A stretch of DNA of 64,000 bases from Leucoraja ocellata. Lineage: Eukaryota. The stretch's first letter is position 1. Each line of letters begins with the position of its first letter. Position numbers and translations under genes: made by a program. Below the pieces are notes generated by a model. It was not told where the DNA came from. It did no database searches and saw nothing but the letters and a program-made list of their open reading frames with translations. Positions 1 to 14,400 of this stretch are shown one piece after another. Where the stretch lies: positions 7,502,001 through 7,566,000 of the forward strand of contig JAWMAR010000058.1 of the NCBI GenBank assembly GCA_036785375.1, given 5' to 3'.

Positions 1-646
1 GGTGTGGAGGGGAGGGTGGGGAGGGGAGAGAGGGGGGTAGGAGAGGGGTGAGGAGGGGGAGAGGAGAGGGGGAGAGGGGGAGAGGGGGGAGGAGGAGAGG
101 GGGGGAGAGGAGAGGGGAGGGGGAGAGGAAAGGGGGGGGGAGAACCTAAAATACATTTTAGAACCAAAAAAGTCACATTCTGCAAGCATTGTAGAACCAA
201 AAAAGACACTTTTTGCAAACATTTTAGAACCAATAAACACTTTTTGCAAACATTTTAGAACCAATACACACATTCTGCAAGCGTTTTAGAACCACTAAGG
301 ACACTTACATTTGATTAGACATGTGTTCAGTGTTATTCACAGCTCAGAGAAACGTGACCCTCTGCCTTCCTCCAGCTTGCAGACACTGATTGAGGCACAC
401 CACTTCCTGGTTTTATAGTCCCTCCCCCCTGCCGCCAGCGGGGGCAGCAGAGAGAATGGGGAATTTTGTAAAATCATTAATATCTCTGTCATTTTTCATC
501 GACGGGAAAAATCCTTGGCACACCTGTGGCGGAGGGGGGCTCTGAGCAAGGTGGCCAAAAATGACGGCCGTAGGTAGTGGCATTCTCTCGGAAATCACAG
601 CACAGATGACCAAAACCGGTCAAGAACACACTTTTAGTAATATAGA
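1..646 (-). mobile_element. Non-autonomous Helitron-like element, 5' part, with an internal ~37-bp tandem repeat and a GA-rich tract
   Basis: The minus strand begins A|TCTATATTACTAAAAG at 646, similar to the 5' end of the 4424 element. About 4 copies of cattttagaaccaa at 150-300; G/A low-complexity at 1-140. Confidence 0.5.
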
Positions 647-647
647 T

Positions 648-1072
648 TTCCCCTCTCACCTTAAACCTATGTACTCTGGTCCTTCACTCCCCTACTCTGG
701 GTAAAAGACTCTGAATAGGCATTCACCCTATCTATCCTCTCATGATTTTATACACCTCTATAACGTGTGTACAAACCCTCAGCTTCCTGCATTCCAAGGA
801 ATAAAGTCCGAGCCTGCCCAACTTTTCCCTATAGCTCAGCCTCTTGAATCCTGGCAACATCCTCGTAAATCTTCTCTTCGCTCTTTCCAGCTTAATGACA
901 GCCTTTCTATAACAGAGTGACCAAAACTGAACATGAGACTCCAAATGTGGCATCACCAATGTGCTGTGCAACTGTAACGTAACATCACAACTTCTATACT
1001 CAATGCTCTGACTGATGAAGGCCATTGTAAGCCTTCTTGCCCACTCTATTTCCTGTGACATCACTTACAGGG
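648..1072 (-). mobile_element. CR1-type LINE 3' fragment (RT C-terminus)
   Basis: ORF 732..1064 contains PHLESHVQFWS...RRFTRMLPG...LGLYSLE, the decayed CR1 ORF2 C-terminus. Confidence 0.85.
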
Positions 1073-1810
1073 AACCATCCCTCAGCCCACTTGCCCAGCT
1101 GATCAAGTGATTTTTAATAACCATCTTCAATGTCTACCATTCCCTTCTTTAATATAATGCTCCACTGTCGACATCTCTGTTGTCTGTATTTGTCTTCAGA
1201 TATTTTTTTCAAAATAAAGCATATGCTGATACTATTGCAAGGTAATACATAGAAGGAATACATCTTTAAGTAGCTAAAAAAGAGGCTGCTGAGGATCACC
1301 AGATTTCAAGGTTTCACAGAGGTCTGATAACTGGACAGTATGATATGTTGTTTATGAAATAAAATGATAACAGACTGTCAGGTGTAGAGGGAGCTGCTAT
1401 TCTACTCTTGTTTAGTAATTGCTTAATGCTCATTGTACAGCATTCTTTGGGATTGAGTCACATTTAAAAAATCTTTTCTGCTCCCATCCTTTTGGCACAG
1501 GGATTGGTAGGGTAGATTCAGAAATAATATTTCCTTTAGCAGCGATATCTCAAACCAAATCTCAGTATTTACCCAGAGAGTGGTGAACCCGTGGAGTTCC
1601 CTATCTTTGGTCTGGAGGCCTGGTTTCTGGCCTCGGGAATGCATGAACGGATAAGGGGAAAACAGAGAGATAGTGTTGGCAATAAAGGATCAGCCATGAT
1701 TGTATTGAGCTGAGGCTGGAAGGATTTATTGTCCTACCCCTTCACCTATTTTGCGATATTTCTCCCAGTATCAGTAATAGAGTATCTGGGATGTTGTCAC
1801 TTATGATGCT

Positions 1811-2160
1811 CATAAGTGATAGGAGCAGAATTAGGCCATTCGGCCCATCATCTCCTCCATTCAGTCATGGCTGATCTTTCCCTCTGAACCCCATTCTCCT
1901 GCCTTCTCACCATAACCCATGACACCCATACTAATCAAGAAGCTATCTATCTCTGCCTTAAAAATAGCCATTTACGGCCTCCACACCCTTCCACAGATTC
2001 ACCACCCTCAAACTGAAGAAATTCCCTCTCATCTCTGGAGAAAAGTAATAGGTGACATTTCAGGTTGAAACCCTTCTTCAAACTGAGGCTATGACCTCGG
2101 GTCCTAGACTCTCCCACCAGTGGAAACATTCTTTCCACATGCACTCTATCCAGGCCTGTG
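1811..2160 (-). mobile_element. CR1-type LINE 3' end with a nested Penelope pLTR fragment (~2030-2085)
   Basis: aggccattcggccc 3' tail motif; ORF 1947..2192 has [24 protein letters not shown]. Confidence 0.75.
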
Positions 2161-2384
2161 AACTGTGAAGCTCTATTAACTTTTGGATACAAGAGAATCC
2201 CCTAGCTGTTGTTTGCAGAGATGTTAGACAGGTACATGGATAGGAGGTTTTAGAGGGATCTGGGCCAAAAACAGGCAAATGGAAGGCTACTTGTTTGACA
2301 TAGACAAGTTGAGTCAAAGGGCCTGTTTCCATTCTGTATAACTCATTGACTAAAAATTCTATGCTTATTTTGTTCTTCTTTCAG

Positions 2385-2481
2385 ATCTGCAAGTTCTTCA
2401 CGTGGAGAGAGTTCAGTTGATCGATGCAGTTCTGAATCTCTGCACTTATCATCACCCTGAAAACATTCAGCTGCCACCAGG
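2385..2481 (+). CDS. INTS1: INTS1 coding exon w1 ([33 protein letters not shown])
   Basis: Polypyrimidine tract plus tcag| acceptor, |gtttgt donor; 97 nt. Confidence 0.93.
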
Positions 2482-5400
2482 GTTTGTCTGCACTCTTTCA
2501 CCTATCCACAATGAAGCATATTTTGCTAGATTTTAAAATGCAAAAACAGCTTATGGGAGGATACTTCTTAAATCTATTTTAAGGTTGATAATTTCTACTG
2601 TCTAAGCCTCACGAGCTACAGCACAGTAAGAGGCCATTCAGGTAATTATTAACTGTGCTGGGCTTTTGATAGAGCTATGCTATTAATCCTACCCCTCCCT
2701 CAAATCTTCGGCTCCCCTTTTCTCCATTTAACAGGGTTGTTCTTTTATTTTAATTTTAGAAGATTCTACGGTATGCTTCCACTTCCCCATCTGACACTGC
2801 AATGCCCAGCATTATTTAAAAAAAACCTTTTATCCCTATTGTGGCTCTTCAGAACAATCATCCTGCAGTAGCATGGAGAAGTGTCTGCCTGTTTTTGGCA
2901 ATTAATTCATTGATTGTCACTGAAAAAGTGCATATGTAGACTCCGCAGTTCCACAGGGTATTGCTGGGTACAAGCTCATGCATGGAAACTGCTAGTGTGG
3001 TGACATTTGTGGTGTATTGCCGATTATGTATTTTGCCCCTAACCACCACTTGCAACTCATCCTTGGTGAGGGAATTTGGGTACCTCCAGAGACATGGCTG
3101 GGGAATGTGAGCTCGCCTGCAATCAATCTGCATAACTCCAGAATAATATAAAATATATAATTTGTATAGGATGTATAGGATGGAATTGCGGATGCTGATT
3201 TACACCAACGATAGACACAAAATGCTGGAGTAATTCAACGGGTCAGGCAGCATCTCTGGATGGAAGAAATGGGTGACATCAGTTTGAAGAAGAGTTTCGA
3301 CCTATTACTTTTCTCCAGAGATGCTGCCTGACCCACTGAGTTACTCCAGCATTTTGTGTCTATATATGTGATTTGTAGGTTGATTATGCATTTATATATT
3401 TTGTACACAGCATTTTATTTCATACGTTAAATAGCACATTATTTCATTGTAATCAAATATCATTGATATAGATACAATGTTCATTGCTTTCCCAAATGCT
3501 GTCTGAATCTTTGAATGGTCTCGCCAAAAAAATGATTTGAGCCATTCCTCTTGTAACCTTCAGTGAAGTCCATATACAGTGTCATCACTGAACTATGCCA
3601 GTTTTGTTTGTGATGACATGTGATGTCCCCCATGATGTTTGATTTGAACGGATATTTTCTTCATCATTCAGGTACCAGCCTCCTGCCCTGGCCATCTCAT
3701 CTTTATACTGGAAGGCTTGGCTGTTATTGTTAGTTGTAAATGCCTTCAATCCGCAAAATATTGGTGAGTTTCTAAGTGACCTGCAAATATTGATTTTCAC
3801 AAAGTACATTTTCACAAAATCTTTATGTCCCATGTGGTTCAGTAACTGTAAATGAAGCAAATTACAAAAACCTTTATATTAATGTTAGTTAGATTTGTTA
3901 ATATTCATTGTATTCACCTTTGCAAACTGTCCCTGTTGCATGAAAAAGCAGAATGTTTTCACCTTAGTTTTTGGAGCAAGTGACACAGCGCAGAAATTTC
4001 CAAGTTTGACTTGGAATTTCTCCAAGTCATGTCCTAACATACTCCAAGTATGTTAGAAGCTCTTGAGGTGCAGCAACTGGAGGAGAGACGATTTGCCTTG
4101 GAGCTTGGGGAGAGAAGTTGCAGTTACGACTGTCAAAATTAGTGATCGGTGGTATGTAATGCACTTTGCGTGCAAACATCAGCTGAGGGTGGAATCCAGC
4201 TTGTCTCTGGCACCATCTAGAGTCAAATAGCCAGATTCAAGACATTCCTTGTCTTGAATGATACACAAAGTCGCCATCTGGATGAGTTCTCAGGTTGCGC
4301 AATTGCATACCTGTGGGAGTGATAAAGGGAATGATGAAGAGAGTAATAAGCAGCTGTTGATTGGAAGTGTACACCCCAAATATTAGTGCCAACTTAGACA
4401 GGCTCATGAAAGAGCTATTGATATCTATAACAAAAGCTCTCATCTTGTTTATGATTCTGTGTGCGTGCGTGCTCCCAGAACTACGCCAAAACGTTACACG
4501 ATAGCGCTACAATCTTTCGACCACTTTACTTACAGTTGTCTTGTGGTGTGTTTTTTATCAAGTTTTGTTCAGATTGATGTTATATTTTACAAGTTATTCA
4601 CATTTTTAACTTTAGAAAATCTAGTTTGAGAAAGAATCACTTGAACTTGCAGTGGCAGTTACAGGTATGATGTCACAATGGGATCTAATTTACATAAACT
4701 GCCTATCAACAGTGTTCCACCCAGGGCAATGAGAGATTAGTTACATTGTTTTAGGGGAGGGGAGGAGGAGAAGTGTCATTTAAACATTGTGTTTAGTGGG
4801 GGTGTACGATGGGTGAGGAGTGAGAGAGGTAGGGAGGGGAGAGGGGTTATGGAGGGAGCGAGTGACTGAGGGTAGGGAGTGACTGAGGGTAGGTGAAAGG
4901 AGAGGGAGGAAGAGGTGAGGGAGGGAGTGGAGGAGGGGTGGATGTGAGGGGAATAGGTGAATGGTGGAAACGGGTAGCATTGGGGGAACGGGTGAGTGGT
5001 GCAATATTGCGTTTGGGGAACGAGTCACAACGGGTCCCACTTGGTCTAGTATTGTTCTAAAATCATCTCAGTTGCTTAAGCAAGGCTCTCACAAGGTTTT
5101 AACAAAAGTGAGAGACTCAGCTTGTGATCCCTTGTCTGCAAACTTACCTGCATCATGTAAAAGGCATCCTTTCCCCTGGCAAAAGCATCAGCTGCTGAGA
5201 GGTTCCCCACCCTCCACTTCTCAGAAATTGGTAAGTCCATATTTCCAATTCCAATTCCAATCCAGTTCCAAGGTTTTGACTTGCTAACAGAACTGGCACA
5301 AGCAATTGACATTGGTTTAGTATTGATTTGTTATTGTCACGTGTACTGACATATGGTGAAAAATGTGTGTGCTATCCAGTCAAATCAAACCATACGCAAG

Positions 5401-8400
5401 TATAATCAAGCCATTACTCTAGTCCAATAGGTAGTGCAAAGAGAAAATACCCGAGTTCAGAATGTAGTGTTATTTTTAGGCCTCCTTCGGTTGTGGCTAA
5501 CCATGGGTGTCTCCAGAGTTCTATTCCCTATATGGTGGACGCCTGTGCGTGACTTTATTTAACGTGGGGAGACTGGTGCACAGACAACCACCCCACGGTC
5601 CTTGACAGATCTGGGTCAGGATCCAGTGGCATGGAATCCAAGATGACCGGAGACCCTTTAATGCTGCAGCCTTCATCCGCCTTCCCAGCCGTTGCGATGC
5701 TCCACTAAGGTCAGCCATCGTCTTTCGCCTGTTCCACCGTTGAGGTCTTGGTTACTCTTTGTCAGAGACCTCCCCCTCGATCTTACGCCATGGGTGGCCC
5801 TACCAGGAACACAGCTCCAGACAGCATCGCTCTCAGGATATCAGGTCCACACATTGTGGTAACAGAGGCAGTGTAGGCCGTAATGTGGTAGGTTGGGAGA
5901 TCAGGATTACATCCTTAGCCTATGAAACTATCCTGATAATAGCGGGGAAGAAGCTGTTCCCGAATCTGGTGGTATGTACTTTCAAGCTTTTATATCTTCT
6001 GCCTATTGGGAAAGGGGGAAAAGAGGGAATGACTGGGGAGTAAATGGTCCTTGATTGTGTTGGCTGCTTTTCGGATGGTGTGTGATTTAAAAAAAAAATC
6101 TGAATAGTTTTATTTTGATGTAGAGAATGCTGATGAAATGTGTTTGTCTGCAGGACTGGCTGCATGGGAAGGTTACCCTACTCTGAAGATGTTGATGGAA
6201 ATGGTGATGACAAAGTGAGTTATTTTACCATGGAATAAACATTTCTTACAGGAGATTTGATCTGGGCACTTCTTTCCCTGGTGAAGTGTTGTTGTTGTGT
6301 GTGAGGAAATCCAAGTAGTGAATCTTTAGCATTTCCTACGCTCTGGGTGAAATAATTTTGTATCTCAGATCTGAATTACTCATTCTTATTGTGTTATTGT
6401 GTCCCCTGGTTACAGACAGCACATTCAGTGGAAACATCAATGCTACATTTAGCCCCATGAGTGTTTTGACAAGATCTGCTCTCATCCTTCTAAACTCAAT
6501 ACAGTTTCTCCTCCTACAACAAACCAACCACCCCATATTTTAAAATGCTTTTTCTACCTCCAAAGTAACGCTTCTACTCATGAAGACCATCAACACTTTG
6601 TTCCTCTGATCAGAATCATGTACACGGATGCATGTGTGCAAAGTGTTTACATGTGACATAATATTTATCCTCCTGTTGAAAGAAAAGGTACACAGCTGAA
6701 GTTCTTTGTTGATATTAATTGGCCAACTGCATATTTGCCTGTTCCTAGCTCTTGAAAAGGGATGAGAGGAAGCTGACGTCCAACATAAATACTGAAATAA
6801 CCATTTGGTTTCAGTAGACAGCTTCTGTACAGTGCCTCTCACATAGTTGTGTAATCTGCACAGGTGAGCAACTGGTGCCTAATCTACTCTGCATATCTCT
6901 AACATCAAAACCGCAAAAGTTGGAGGTAGTTATCAGATCGGGCAGCATTTGCAGAGAGGGAAGGAGAGTTAATATCTCAAGCCAATGACCTTGCATCAAA
7001 AGGCTCTGATGACGTGATCAACCTGAAATGTTAACTGCTTCTCTGTCCTCAGATGCTGCCTGACATGCTGAGTATCTCCAGCATTTCATCGAGTCATAGA
7101 GCTATCCAGCATGGAAACGGGCACTTTGGCCCACCATGTTCATCCCAACCAAGTTGGCGAGTGCCATTTTCTTGCATTTGCCCAATAACACTCTAAAACA
7201 CTTCCTATCCCTATATCTGTCCAAATGTGAAAGTCGTAACTATTCACTTCTATAGCCTCCTTTTATAGCTCATTCCAGATATGGACCTTCCTCTGTATGA
7301 AACAGTTGCCCTTGACGTCCCTCTTTAATCCCTCGCCTTAACCATATCCCCTTTGGTTGTAGAATCCTCTACCCTGGGTAAAAGACTGAGTTTTCACATT
7401 ATTCATGTTCTTCATGGTCTCTACACCTCAATAAGGTCACACCCCAACCCCCTACGCTTCATAGAAAAAAAAAACATATTCAGCCGCTCCCTATAACTCA
7501 AGCAAGCAAGTCCAGGTAATGACCAAGTGAATCGCTTCTGCACCCTTTCCAACCTAATGACATTGAACCTATAGCTGATCGACCAAAACCGCACACATCA
7601 CTCCAAATGCAGTCTCACTGATGACCTGTTCAGCTGCATCATGATTTCCCAACATTTTTACTCGATACTCTTCCCTCCTCACCATGCTATCCACCTGACA
7701 TGCTACTTTCAGGGAACCATGCATTTATGCACTAAGATCTCTTTGGTCTACAATAATCTCCAAGGCTCTATCATTTATATTCTGTAAGTCCTGTTCAGTT
7801 TTCCAGCATCTGCAGTTTTTCTTATTTATCAATTAATGTTGGTGACACCTTGCTACATTTGTCCATGAGACATGGCAGAATTACGAAGGGGACCAAGTAT
7901 ATGAAAACACCTGATTGTGTTCATGACTGTATAATACTTTTGCTTTTCTACTTTCAGCAACTTCTCCTACCCTCAGTGCACTGTGACTGATGAGGAAACC
8001 AGAAATGAAATGATCACTCGGGAGCTGCAGATGTCACAGAGAGAAAAGCAGGAGATTTTGGCTTTCGAAAGCCATCTAGCTGCTGCATCGACAAAGCAGA
8101 CCATCACCGAAAGCAACAGCCTGCTGCTATCGCAGCTGACCAGCCTCGACCCTCAGTGAGTGTGTGGGGAGGGGCGGCAACATTGATGTCCTCCCATGAA
8201 TATGAGAGTGTATCCTGGTCAATGACCTTGTATCACTGCTTCTCATTCTCTTCTGGTACTTACTCCTCATCTCACAAATAGCAACACCAGCAAATGTGAT
8301 GCACTTGAGAGTGCATGAGAGCTCCATCTATTTATTTGATGGATTGTCAAGCCACTCAATGTCCTGATCATTATTTTACTTCATCACCCTCTAATATAAG

Positions 8401-11400
8401 ACTGTTTATGACAGTTACGCCAATGCATTTATTACATTTTTCTAACACTTCCATTGGATATAGCATTTGTTGCTCATCTGGAATTGTCTGTCAGGAGGCA
8501 GTCATGAGCCATCTGAACAATTGCAATCTGCAGAAGTAATGCTCCAGTGCTGCTATTTGGGGAGTTACAGTGTTTAAACTCAGAGAAAATAACAAAAGAG
8601 CATATTTGCAGGTCAAGATGGCATGCGACTTATAAGGGAACTTAAAGCCGGTGAAGTTCCCACAAACAGTATCTACAAGCCTTGGCCTGGATTGTAATGG
8701 TCGGGTGGTTTGGAGATGTTGAATTTTGTGCAAGTTGCTGCAGTTGGTCTACACTTATTCCATGGAGCTTCAATGATTGTGGCAATGATGGTTGAAGCGA
8801 CAAATGTGGGCTCCATGTTTTTGTATACTCCTTAACATTAGGGTTTGAATGTGTCGAGGTACGTACAACCAATGTCAGATGCTTGGTGTTAGTGACTAAG
8901 GATTCATTTTTTTACCCCCTTTCTGTTGACTACGTTTTATTTGGTGTCTGATTTACTGACTGAGATCTCCTCCTCTCCAGGGGCCCCCCTCGCCGGCCAC
9001 CTTCACAAGTTCTCGAGCAGCTAAAGAGCTTGAATCAGTCTCTTCGCTTGGGCCACCTGCTGTGTCGCAGTCGTCATCCTGACTTCCTGCTGAACATCAT
9101 TCAGAGGCAGGTGAGTGAGCTCAGTTTTGTCTGGAGGTAGCAATCATTGACAAATGGATAGAACCTGTCTGTAAGTAACACTCTTCACATCCTTAGCACT
9201 TAATAAAGTGCATCACAGCCAAATAATTACTTTTCAAGTGTTGCCACAGATGGAAGAATCTCAACCGAAGGTGACATAGTAACAAGATTTGGAAGGATTC
9301 ACTTATAAATTAAGTGCACAGGAACTTCCCGCAGCGAGTGGTAACTCTCTAGAATTCACTACTCCACAGGGTTATAGAGGCTGGATCATCAGGGACATTT
9401 GACAAGAAGGTAGATGAATTTTTGAAAAATCAAAGGTTGAAGGCACAAAATAAACCCGAGGTTCAGAGTGGCCTGGTCTGCTGCTGTATTTTTAGGTTCT
9501 AATGTACATAACCACATAGAGTAATACAGCATGGAAACAGGCCTATCGGCCCAATGCATCCATGACAGCCAGGATGCCCATCTAATCTAATCCCTTTTGC
9601 CCATGTATGGTCCATAATCCCTTTAAACTGTTGTCAAAATATATTTTAAATGTTATTATTGCACGTACCTCAACCACATTCTCGGGCAGCTCGTTCCATA
9701 TACACAGCTTCCATAAATTTACAGAGACTACTGCAACCTTTGTAATAAGTAATCCAGGAAAGGTCCAGAAAAGTGAATGGGTAATTCTGAAATGGAGCTG
9801 GGACAAGCACAAATATAATAGGCATATTCAGACAAAGGACTTGGCAATGGGTTAATGGCATTTACCTACAAATCTGGTAATCCACAGGTGCTACATGGCC
9901 ATTGCAGTATTTTTGAAGCAGAGTCAATGTTGTAATGAAGGAAATTGCAGCAAGATTTCACAAGCAGCAGTGAAATTGTATGCTTTAATTATCGGGGTCG
10001 AAATATAAATGCTGGTCAGATAATTGGAAACAACCATCCTGCTCCTTTACAAACCACTGAACGGGGATCATCTACTTTTCACGCTCAGTTTAATATCTCA
10101 TCCACAAGACAGCTCCTCAGACAGCGCCTTTCCTTTCTATGACATCAATTGTACTGAAGTGTCAGCCTTGATTATGTGCTAAATTATTTGGAGTACAGAT
10201 TGAAGTCGTGACCTTCTGAGTCAGAAGTGAGACTGCTACCCTCTGAGCCAAAGCATCTGCTGTGCCCTATTGTAAACACCTGCCCCGACGACCTCCACAG
10301 AGTGCTATAATGTCTCATTTAGTACTAAGTGTGGCAATGTGGAACTATAGGTGGCAAATTTATTTCATTGCTCTCTGGTACAGTGTGTCAGAATTTATTG
10401 TATTGGCAATATGTGGCAGTAAGACATTCATTGAGGGGTTTTATGTTGGCTTAATTTCTTAGTTTAGACTGAGAACTTAGGACATTAACCCCAAATATAT
10501 ACGGCTCTGATAGTGTTGGAGATAGTATGAGGAAAAACTTGCCTTTCGTTGAGCTTGTGCTTTGCGGATGATTCTCTACCCCTCTGAGGGAGCTGTGTCT
10601 GAGGTGGCCAAAAGAAGTTGCACTGTTTGAAGCATTGCTTGAAGCATTGCTTGAAGCATTCGGCCGAACGCACTATGGGAACTTCACTCGACCCCCTGCA
10701 GGAACTATACAACAGGACGTGCAACTCCAGAGCAAATAAAATCATGGGAGACCCCTTCCACCCATGCAATGGACAGTTCCAGCTACTACGGTCAGGCAAA
10801 CGCCGTTGCCATGCAGTGAGAACGGAGAGGTTGAGAAGGCCTCTTCCCAGAGGCCATTCGGACTGTAAACTTCCATCTCACCAGGGACTAACTTTACTGA
10901 AGTTTTTCCTTCCAATATTTAATATGGAAAAGAATATGTGTGTGTTTATGATTGTGTTTATAATTTGTTTGGTTGTTTGTTTGTCTTTTTGCACTAAGTC
11001 CGCGAGCATTGCCACTTTCATTTCACTGCACATCTCGTATGTGTATGTGACGAATAAACTTGACTTGATTAAAGCAGGTGATTCTGAGAGGTCGAAGACC
11101 CCTTTGCCCCAGGCACATTGCACCTAAACTGTGTCTTTTGTTGTTCTTGCTGTTTGGATTTGTACCAAGGAATCAAATTCTTGGATCGCTGTGCTTCTTT
11201 TTGAAGGAACTTTCTAATTAGTTCCTCTCTCCCACGCTTTTTTTTCATAGCTCTAGATATTTTTCTTTTAAATATAACTATCTGGTTTTCTTTTGAAATT
11301 ATCTATCTCCACTGTTTTTTTTTCAGGCAGCATATTCCTGATTATCAATTTGGTGCATGAAAGAAGTTTTATCAGTTCCTGGGCTTTTTTATCTGTTATC

Positions 11401-14400
11401 TTAAATCTATGTTCTTTCGTTACTGATCCTCCAGCCATCCAGGAAATGTTATATTAATCAAAAGATATGTTTGAAATCTAAAGCGACTGATAAATTGTCC
11501 TTTCCTCCAGGCCTCGTCTCAATCCATGCCCTGGTTAGCAGATCTGGTACAGTCGAGTGAAGGGTCCTTGGATGTGCTGCCCGTCCAGTGCTTGTGCGAG
11601 TTCCTGCTTCACGATGCAGCTGACGAGGTGGCCACCACAGAGGAGGAAGACGAGGGAGAGAGCAAAGAGCAGCGGGCCAAGAAGCGGCAGGTAAGACTGT
11701 ATCTCATCAAGTGCACAGATATGATGAATGGTTGTAAATCGCTGAAAAAGCCTTGTTTACTCAGCATATGGTATTTTTATTGTTTTTATTTGGGTGGTGA
11801 GGCAACTTCTTGAACTGCTGCCGTACTTCTAGAGTTGGCATTTCCAAAATGGTTTTCAACTGATGGTGGAGAATATAGACTTGGAGTCAGTGAAGCAACA
11901 GTGATGAATTTCTAAAGATGATGAGGAACAGGGGTCTGAGGTCCTGAAGTCCTCATCCTACATGATAGTAAGTGTCGCTGACTTGGGAGATGCTTCTGGA
12001 GTAGCTGGGCAGGTCACTGCAGTGCATTCTGTGGATGGTCCACACTAGGCCACTGTGGAGTGAAGATTGATTTCTTTGGGATGGCGCCAAACACTTCAGC
12101 AGCACGGAAGAATGTTGATGTCCAGTCAAAATATGATTGTGAGAAAAATGGATATCCTGTTTTGGTGATGCCATTTAGCCACACGTGGACAGAACTCACT
12201 TGGTCTTGAAACAGAGCTGTGAGATCTTATATGTTTGCTGAGACAGCATCAGTCTAACATTTGAATCAAAAGTTGGCATCGCCGATACAAATACTGGGAG
12301 CCCGGGTTTACACTCACAATCTGGAGTGGTAGTTGAACCCAGATGGGTGGCATGGTTAGGCCAGTTTGCTTCCTAATTTTAACTTGCTAATTTACTCATG
12401 ATTACAGAGACAACAGAAGCAGCGGCAGCTGCTGGGGCGTCTGCAGGACCTCCTGTTGGGCAGCAAAGCTGATGAACAGACAACCTGCGAAGTGCTGGAT
12501 TACTTCTTGAGGCGCCTGAGCTCTCCACAGGTGGCCTCCCGTGTTCTGGCCATGAAGGTGTGTTGGAGTGATGTGCATCTTTTAAACGTCCTGTAGATGG
12601 GTATGGTTTTATTTTGATGTTCATGGGCATCATTGCCTTGTTACCTTTAAGCTGTCTGTGGTGAAGTACTCTCATTAACCACTGTAATTCCTGTACTCTC
12701 ACTGTGACATTAGATTTCACCCGTGGAAGAGTCACAAACTAGAGGACATAGTTACAAGATAAGGGGCATTGTTACCAGATAAGAGTCATTTAAAACTGAG
12801 GTGTATCAGCATTTCTTCTCTCAGAGGACTGTGAATCTCTGAAATTCTGTGCCCCTGATGGAGGTGGAGGCTGGATTATTCAACATATTTAAGGTGGAGA
12901 TTGATAGATATTTGAAACATCAATGCATTGTTGATATGGGGAACTGGCATAGAACAGGAGTTAAGGCCAGCATAGATGTGCCATGATCTTACTGAATGGT
13001 GATACAGAGGGAAAAGATCAAAAAGGGACCTGAGAGCCGCTTGCCTCTACCACTTCCACCGAGAAGGTGGTGGGTATGTCGAATGAGCGGCCAGAGCAAA
13101 TGTTGGAGGTGGGTGTAATTACAACATTTAAACAACACTGGGATAGATACATGGATAAGAAAGGTTTAGAGTGATATGGGACAAATGCAAGCAAGTGGGA
13201 CTCAAGTAGGCGACTTGGTCAACAAGTGAGGCTGAAGGGCCCGGTACCGTGCTGTATAACTGCTCTCCTCCTACTATTTTCTTGAGTTGTGTTGTGGGAG
13301 ACAAAGGATGTTGACTGAGTAACTTTAATGGAACAGCATGTTTCAGGATGGTGTGTGATCTGGAAGATGGTGCTTTTCCCCACAACCCTTTTCCCCACAT
13401 ACCTTTTCCCCACGTCCTTCTAGGCAGTAGTAGTCATGGTTTTGGGAGTTTCTGCTATGCATCTTATCAATGTTGTAAGCCAAGATGTGTGGTACTCGAT
13501 TGGATGCCAGTTGAGAAGCTTTTTTTACCTGAATGTTGCTGAGCTAATTGCACTCAACTTGTGGAGAATATTCACCACATTTCTGGCTTGTGTCTTACGG
13601 AATGGCTTTGGGTTGTTCGGAGCAGAGTCACTCACTGGAAGTTACTCAGTCTTTGTCCAGCTCGTGTAGTAACTGCAGTGTTTTTATAGCTGGTATTTTT
13701 CCAAGCTCTTGTGAATTATGACACCTAGGATGTTGAAAGCAAACGTTTTGGAGGGTGGCAATTCACATTTTGGGGTAACACCAAAATGTAGTGCAGGTGA
13801 GATCTGCGATTTTACCTGGAACTATTACCTGGAACTGCTACTTTCCATTCTCTGTGTGTGAACATGAGGCCAGATAGGACAAATCAGTGGATTATTTGGC
13901 TGCATTGCTAAATTTGGCACAATACTGTTTTTTAGTGTCACATGTGCCTCCTCCACTCCATTTGTCTCCGGTGATTCATGAGTTTTACAATGTCAGATGA
14001 GGAGGGGTGCAGAGGGAGTGTTGTAAAATAGGTGCCCTTCTGCTTTGATATTGTGAAATAAATAAACATTTTTATGGTTTTGATTTGATGCCACGTTCAA
14101 AAGACCCCTCATATGCTGGGGATCTAACGTGGCATGAACATTAAACTTTATCCTTTGCTGCAGGGCTTGTGCCTGGTGCTGACGGACTCTGAGAGCAGTC
14201 TGCGGGAAATGGAGGAGCGAGAACAGATGATGGAAGAGGAGTCAAGTGATGGTGAACCACTCCATAGATATCAGTGGCTGCTGCGAGATCTTCCCAATCT
14301 GCCCCTCTTCAGCAGTGTCTGTAAGATGACTTCCTTGGCACTGCAGCAGGTGAGCTTTACAAACAATGTGGATGGAGTGGCTGGGTGTTAATGTTTTATA

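Noticed and set aside
148-300. Spaced ~37-bp repeats resembling a CRISPR array
   Set aside because: Tandem units without unique spacers, inside a transposon in a vertebrate intron, with no cas genes.
11721-11745. atgatga...ctga as a C/D-box snoRNA
   Set aside because: The boxes are only ~14 nt apart and there is no terminal stem.
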